Origin: Candidatus Aenigmatarchaeota archaeon
GTDB lineage: Archaea > Aenigmatarchaeota > Aenigmatarchaeia > QMZP01
Reading direction: 5' to 3'
Length of the DNA stretch: 50,686 bases
NCBI GenBank assembly: GCA_030615165.1
Contig: JAUWZW010000001.1
Location: 1 to 50,686, forward strand
Below the pieces are notes generated by a model. It saw only the letters and a list, made by a program, of their open reading frames with translations. It was not told the origin of the DNA and did not search any database. The translations under genes and the position numbers were made by a program. Positions within the stretch are counted from its first letter, which is position 1, and the number at the start of each line of letters is the position of its first letter. Of the stretch, positions 48,411-50,686 are shown piece by piece.

Positions 48411-48641
48411 ATGGCTGAAAAGACTACTGATAAGATAAAGAAGAACATGACTTTAGGTGAGGTTTTGACTAAATATCCCGAGATTGCAGAAGTTTTAGCC
48501 AAATACGGCTTCCACTGTGTTGGCTGCCCTGCCACCTTTATGGAAACAGTAGAGCAGGGCGCAAAGGTGCACGGCATAACAGGCAAGAAGCTTGAAAAGC
48601 TGCTCAAGGAAATGAATGATGCTGTTTCTAAAAAGAAGTAA
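48411..48641 (+). CDS. DUF1858 domain protein
   Basis: GFHCVGCP...ETVEQGAKVHG. Confidence 0.85.
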   Translation: MAEKTTDKIKKNMTLGEVLTKYPEIAEVLAKYGFHCVGCPATFMETVEQGAKVHGITGKKLEKLLKEMNDAVSKKK

Positions 48642-48680
48642 GGCGTTAACTTTATAAATAAACTTAACGATTGTTTATTC

Positions 48681-49040
48681 ATGAAAGAGCATATGCCCCA
48701 GGAGATAGAGGTCTGGTACATTCTGCCCGCCATAAGGAAGGAATTCGCCAAGCTCATGATAAAGAAAGGTCTTTCTCAGAGGAAGGCTGCAGAGAAACTC
48801 GGAATCACGGAGTCTGCGGTCTCGCAATACCTGAAGAAGAAGAGAGCAAAAGAAGTCATTGCCTTTGATAGGGAAATAAAGTCAGAAATGGGGAAATCTG
48901 TTACAAGGGTGTTGGAAGGAGGCAGCCTTATGAAGGAGATGCAGAAAATCTGCAGCCTAGCCAAAAACAAGCGCATACTGTGCAAGATATCCAAAAAGCT
49001 AGGATACGCGCCCAAAGAATGCAGGGAGTGTTTTGTATGA
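48681..49040 (+). CDS. Archaeal HTH transcriptional regulator
   Basis: MPQEIEVWYILPAIR...SQRKAAEKLGITESAVSQYL..KRA. Confidence 0.88.
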   Translation: MKEHMPQEIEVWYILPAIRKEFAKLMIKKGLSQRKAAEKLGITESAVSQYLKKKRAKEVIAFDREIKSEMGKSVTRVLEGGSLMKEMQKICSLAKNKRILCKISKKLGYAPKECRECFV

Positions 49041-49441
49041 AACTAAGAGCTCATCATTTGATGTGTCTTCATACATTTGAAGATGAAGGCTATGACGAAA
49101 ATATAATCAGAAGGATGGCGGAGATTATAAATACAATAAGGAATCAACCAGAAACGAGAATAGAAATCCTGAGGCGCTGTGATTATATTTGCGAGGCGTG
49201 TCCCTACATAAAAAATAGTAGATGCAATAAAAGACCAAACCTTGAAGAGTTTGTAAGGCTTCTAGATAGTGATGTCTTGGAAAGGGCAGGGCTGAAAGAG
49301 GGACAAATCATGAAAGCCAAGGAAGTGTTCCCTCTGATAAAGCAAAAGATAAAACCTGAAGACCTGGCGACAATCTGCAAGGGATGTGAATGGCTGGAAA
49401 AGGGATGTATTGATTGCTACAGAAGGGGGGAATTGCCATGA
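49037..49441 (+). CDS. DUF1284 domain protein
   Basis: LRAHHLMC, D.IC..CP, C..CEW. Confidence 0.82.
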   Translation: MKLRAHHLMCLHTFEDEGYDENIIRRMAEIINTIRNQPETRIEILRRCDYICEACPYIKNSRCNKRPNLEEFVRLLDSDVLERAGLKEGQIMKAKEVFPLIKQKIKPEDLATICKGCEWLEKGCIDCYRRGELP

Positions 49442-50595
49442 AGCGCATATATATGGACCACGCAGCGACAACACCTGTTGACAGGGAAGTGCTGGAGGCA
49501 ATGAAACCCTACTTCAGTGAGAAGTATGGTAATGCATCCTCAATACATGATTTCGGGCAGGAGGCAAAGGATGCACTGGAAGACAGCAGGGCTAAGGTTG
49601 CAAAGCTCATTGGAGCAGACCTGAGTGAAATTGTTTTCACATCCGGGGGCTCTGAAGCTGATAATCTTGCAATAAAGGGCACTGCTTTTGCCAAAGGCAA
49701 GGGGAGCCACATAATTACCTCTACTATTGAGCATCATGCTGTTTTGCACACATGCGAGTTCCTGGAAAAACATGGGTTTGAAGTGACATATCTGCCTGTT
49801 GGTAAATACGGACTTGTTGACCCTGCACAGGTGGAGAAGGCAATAAAAAAGAACACAATTCTTGTGTCTATAATGCATGCTAACAATGAAATCGGGACAA
49901 TTGAACCTGTTGCAGAGATTGGCAAAATATGCAGGAATGCAGGTATTTTGTTCCACACAGATGCTGTGCAGAGCTTCGGGAAGATTCCCATAGATGTGAA
50001 GAAGATGAATATTGACCTGTTCTCTGCATCTGCACATAAGATGTACGGGCCAAAGGGTGTTGGATGTCTTTACATGAGGAAGGGTATTAATCTAATCCCG
50101 CAGATACATGGCGGAGGGCATGAGTCCGGTATGCGGAGCGGGACAGAGAACATTGCAGGGATTGTAGGATTTGCAAAGGCATGCGAGCTCGCAGGGAAGA
50201 ATATGAACAGCTGGGCAGAGCAAGAGGTGAAGCTGAGGGACAGACTTATTAAGGATATGCTCCAGATACCGAAAAGCCGGCTGAGTGGTCACCCAGAGAA
50301 AAGATTGCCTAACAATGTGAACATGTGTTTCAGCGGCATAGAGGGGGAATCAATGGTCATCCATTTAAGCATGAAGGGAATTGCAGCATCCACTGGCTCT
50401 GCATGCTCGAGCAAGAGCTTGAAACCAAGCCATGTACTGACTGCTACTGGTCTGAGCCCTAAGGATGCGCATGGCTCGCTGAGGCTCACCCTGGGGAAGG
50501 AGAACACAGAGCAGGATGTTGATTACCTTCTGAATGTTCTGCCTGGTATTGTTGATAACCTGAGGAAGATAAGCCCGCTGGGAGGGGGTGAATGA
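49438..50595 (+). CDS. iscS: Cysteine desulfurase (NifS/IscS group I)
   Basis: YMDHAATT, FHTDAVQ, SAHKMYGPKG, STGSACSS. Confidence 0.95.
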   Translation: MKRIYMDHAATTPVDREVLEAMKPYFSEKYGNASSIHDFGQEAKDALEDSRAKVAKLIGADLSEIVFTSGGSEADNLAIKGTAFAKGKGSHIITSTIEHHAVLHTCEFLEKHGFEVTYLPVGKYGLVDPAQVEKAIKKNTILVSIMHANNEIGTIEPVAEIGKICRNAGILFHTDAVQSFGKIPIDVKKMNIDLFSASAHKMYGPKGVGCLYMRKGINLIPQIHGGGHESGMRSGTENIAGIVGFAKACELAGKNMNSWAEQEVKLRDRLIKDMLQIPKSRLSGHPEKRLPNNVNMCFSGIEGESMVIHLSMKGIAASTGSACSSKSLKPSHVLTATGLSPKDAHGSLRLTLGKENTEQDVDYLLNVLPGIVDNLRKISPLGGGE

Positions 50596-50596
50596 T

Positions 50597-50686
50597 ATGA
50601 TATTCTGCATTCCCTGCATTATTTTGGTTTTGTATTTTGCAGTGTTGGGCATATTTTTCCCGAGGTACAGGGGTTACATAAGGGAA
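50597..50686 (+). CDS. Partial ORF truncated by the window end (MIFCIPCIILVLYF...)
   Basis: GGTGA SD, ATG just after the iscS stop, open to the edge. Confidence 0.55.
   Translation, partial: MIFCIPCIILVLYFAVLGIFFPRYRGYIRE

Overview
Archaeal chromosomal window, most likely from a DPANN lineage (inference from rRNA signatures and gene content; Aenigmarchaeota-like). The first 8.6 kb holds a minus-strand 16S-tRNA-Ala-23S operon plus tRNA-His and tRNA-Leu. These five RNA genes carry 22 introns with bulge-helix-bulge (BHB) junctions that I resolved by hand: 9 in 23S (one encoding a LAGLIDADG endonuclease), 4 in 16S, 2 in tRNA-Ala, 2 in tRNA-His and 5 in tRNA-Leu(UAA). The rest is mostly housekeeping: trpS, tyrS, radB, pyrB/pyrI/pyrC, fibrillarin, DNA ligase, porB, rpl15e, a type IV pilus-type ATPase, a glycosylation cluster, metG, nrdD/nrdG, maf and iscS. 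Main unusual items: (1) a five-intron tRNA, with intron homology shared between tRNA and rRNA; (2) a structured leader motif (hairpin-YCCG-N3/4-RWTYRYRAGGCGA) found five times ahead of unrelated genes and a tRNA; (3) an NrdR Zn-ribbon/ATP-cone fused to class III RNR, with tandem NrdR boxes in its own promoter and three beta-propeller paralogs inside the operon; (4) a cyclodipeptide-synthase-like gene plus an amino acid racemase behind a frameshifted wHTH gene, between tyrS and trpS. All calls are from manual reading; no database searches were run.
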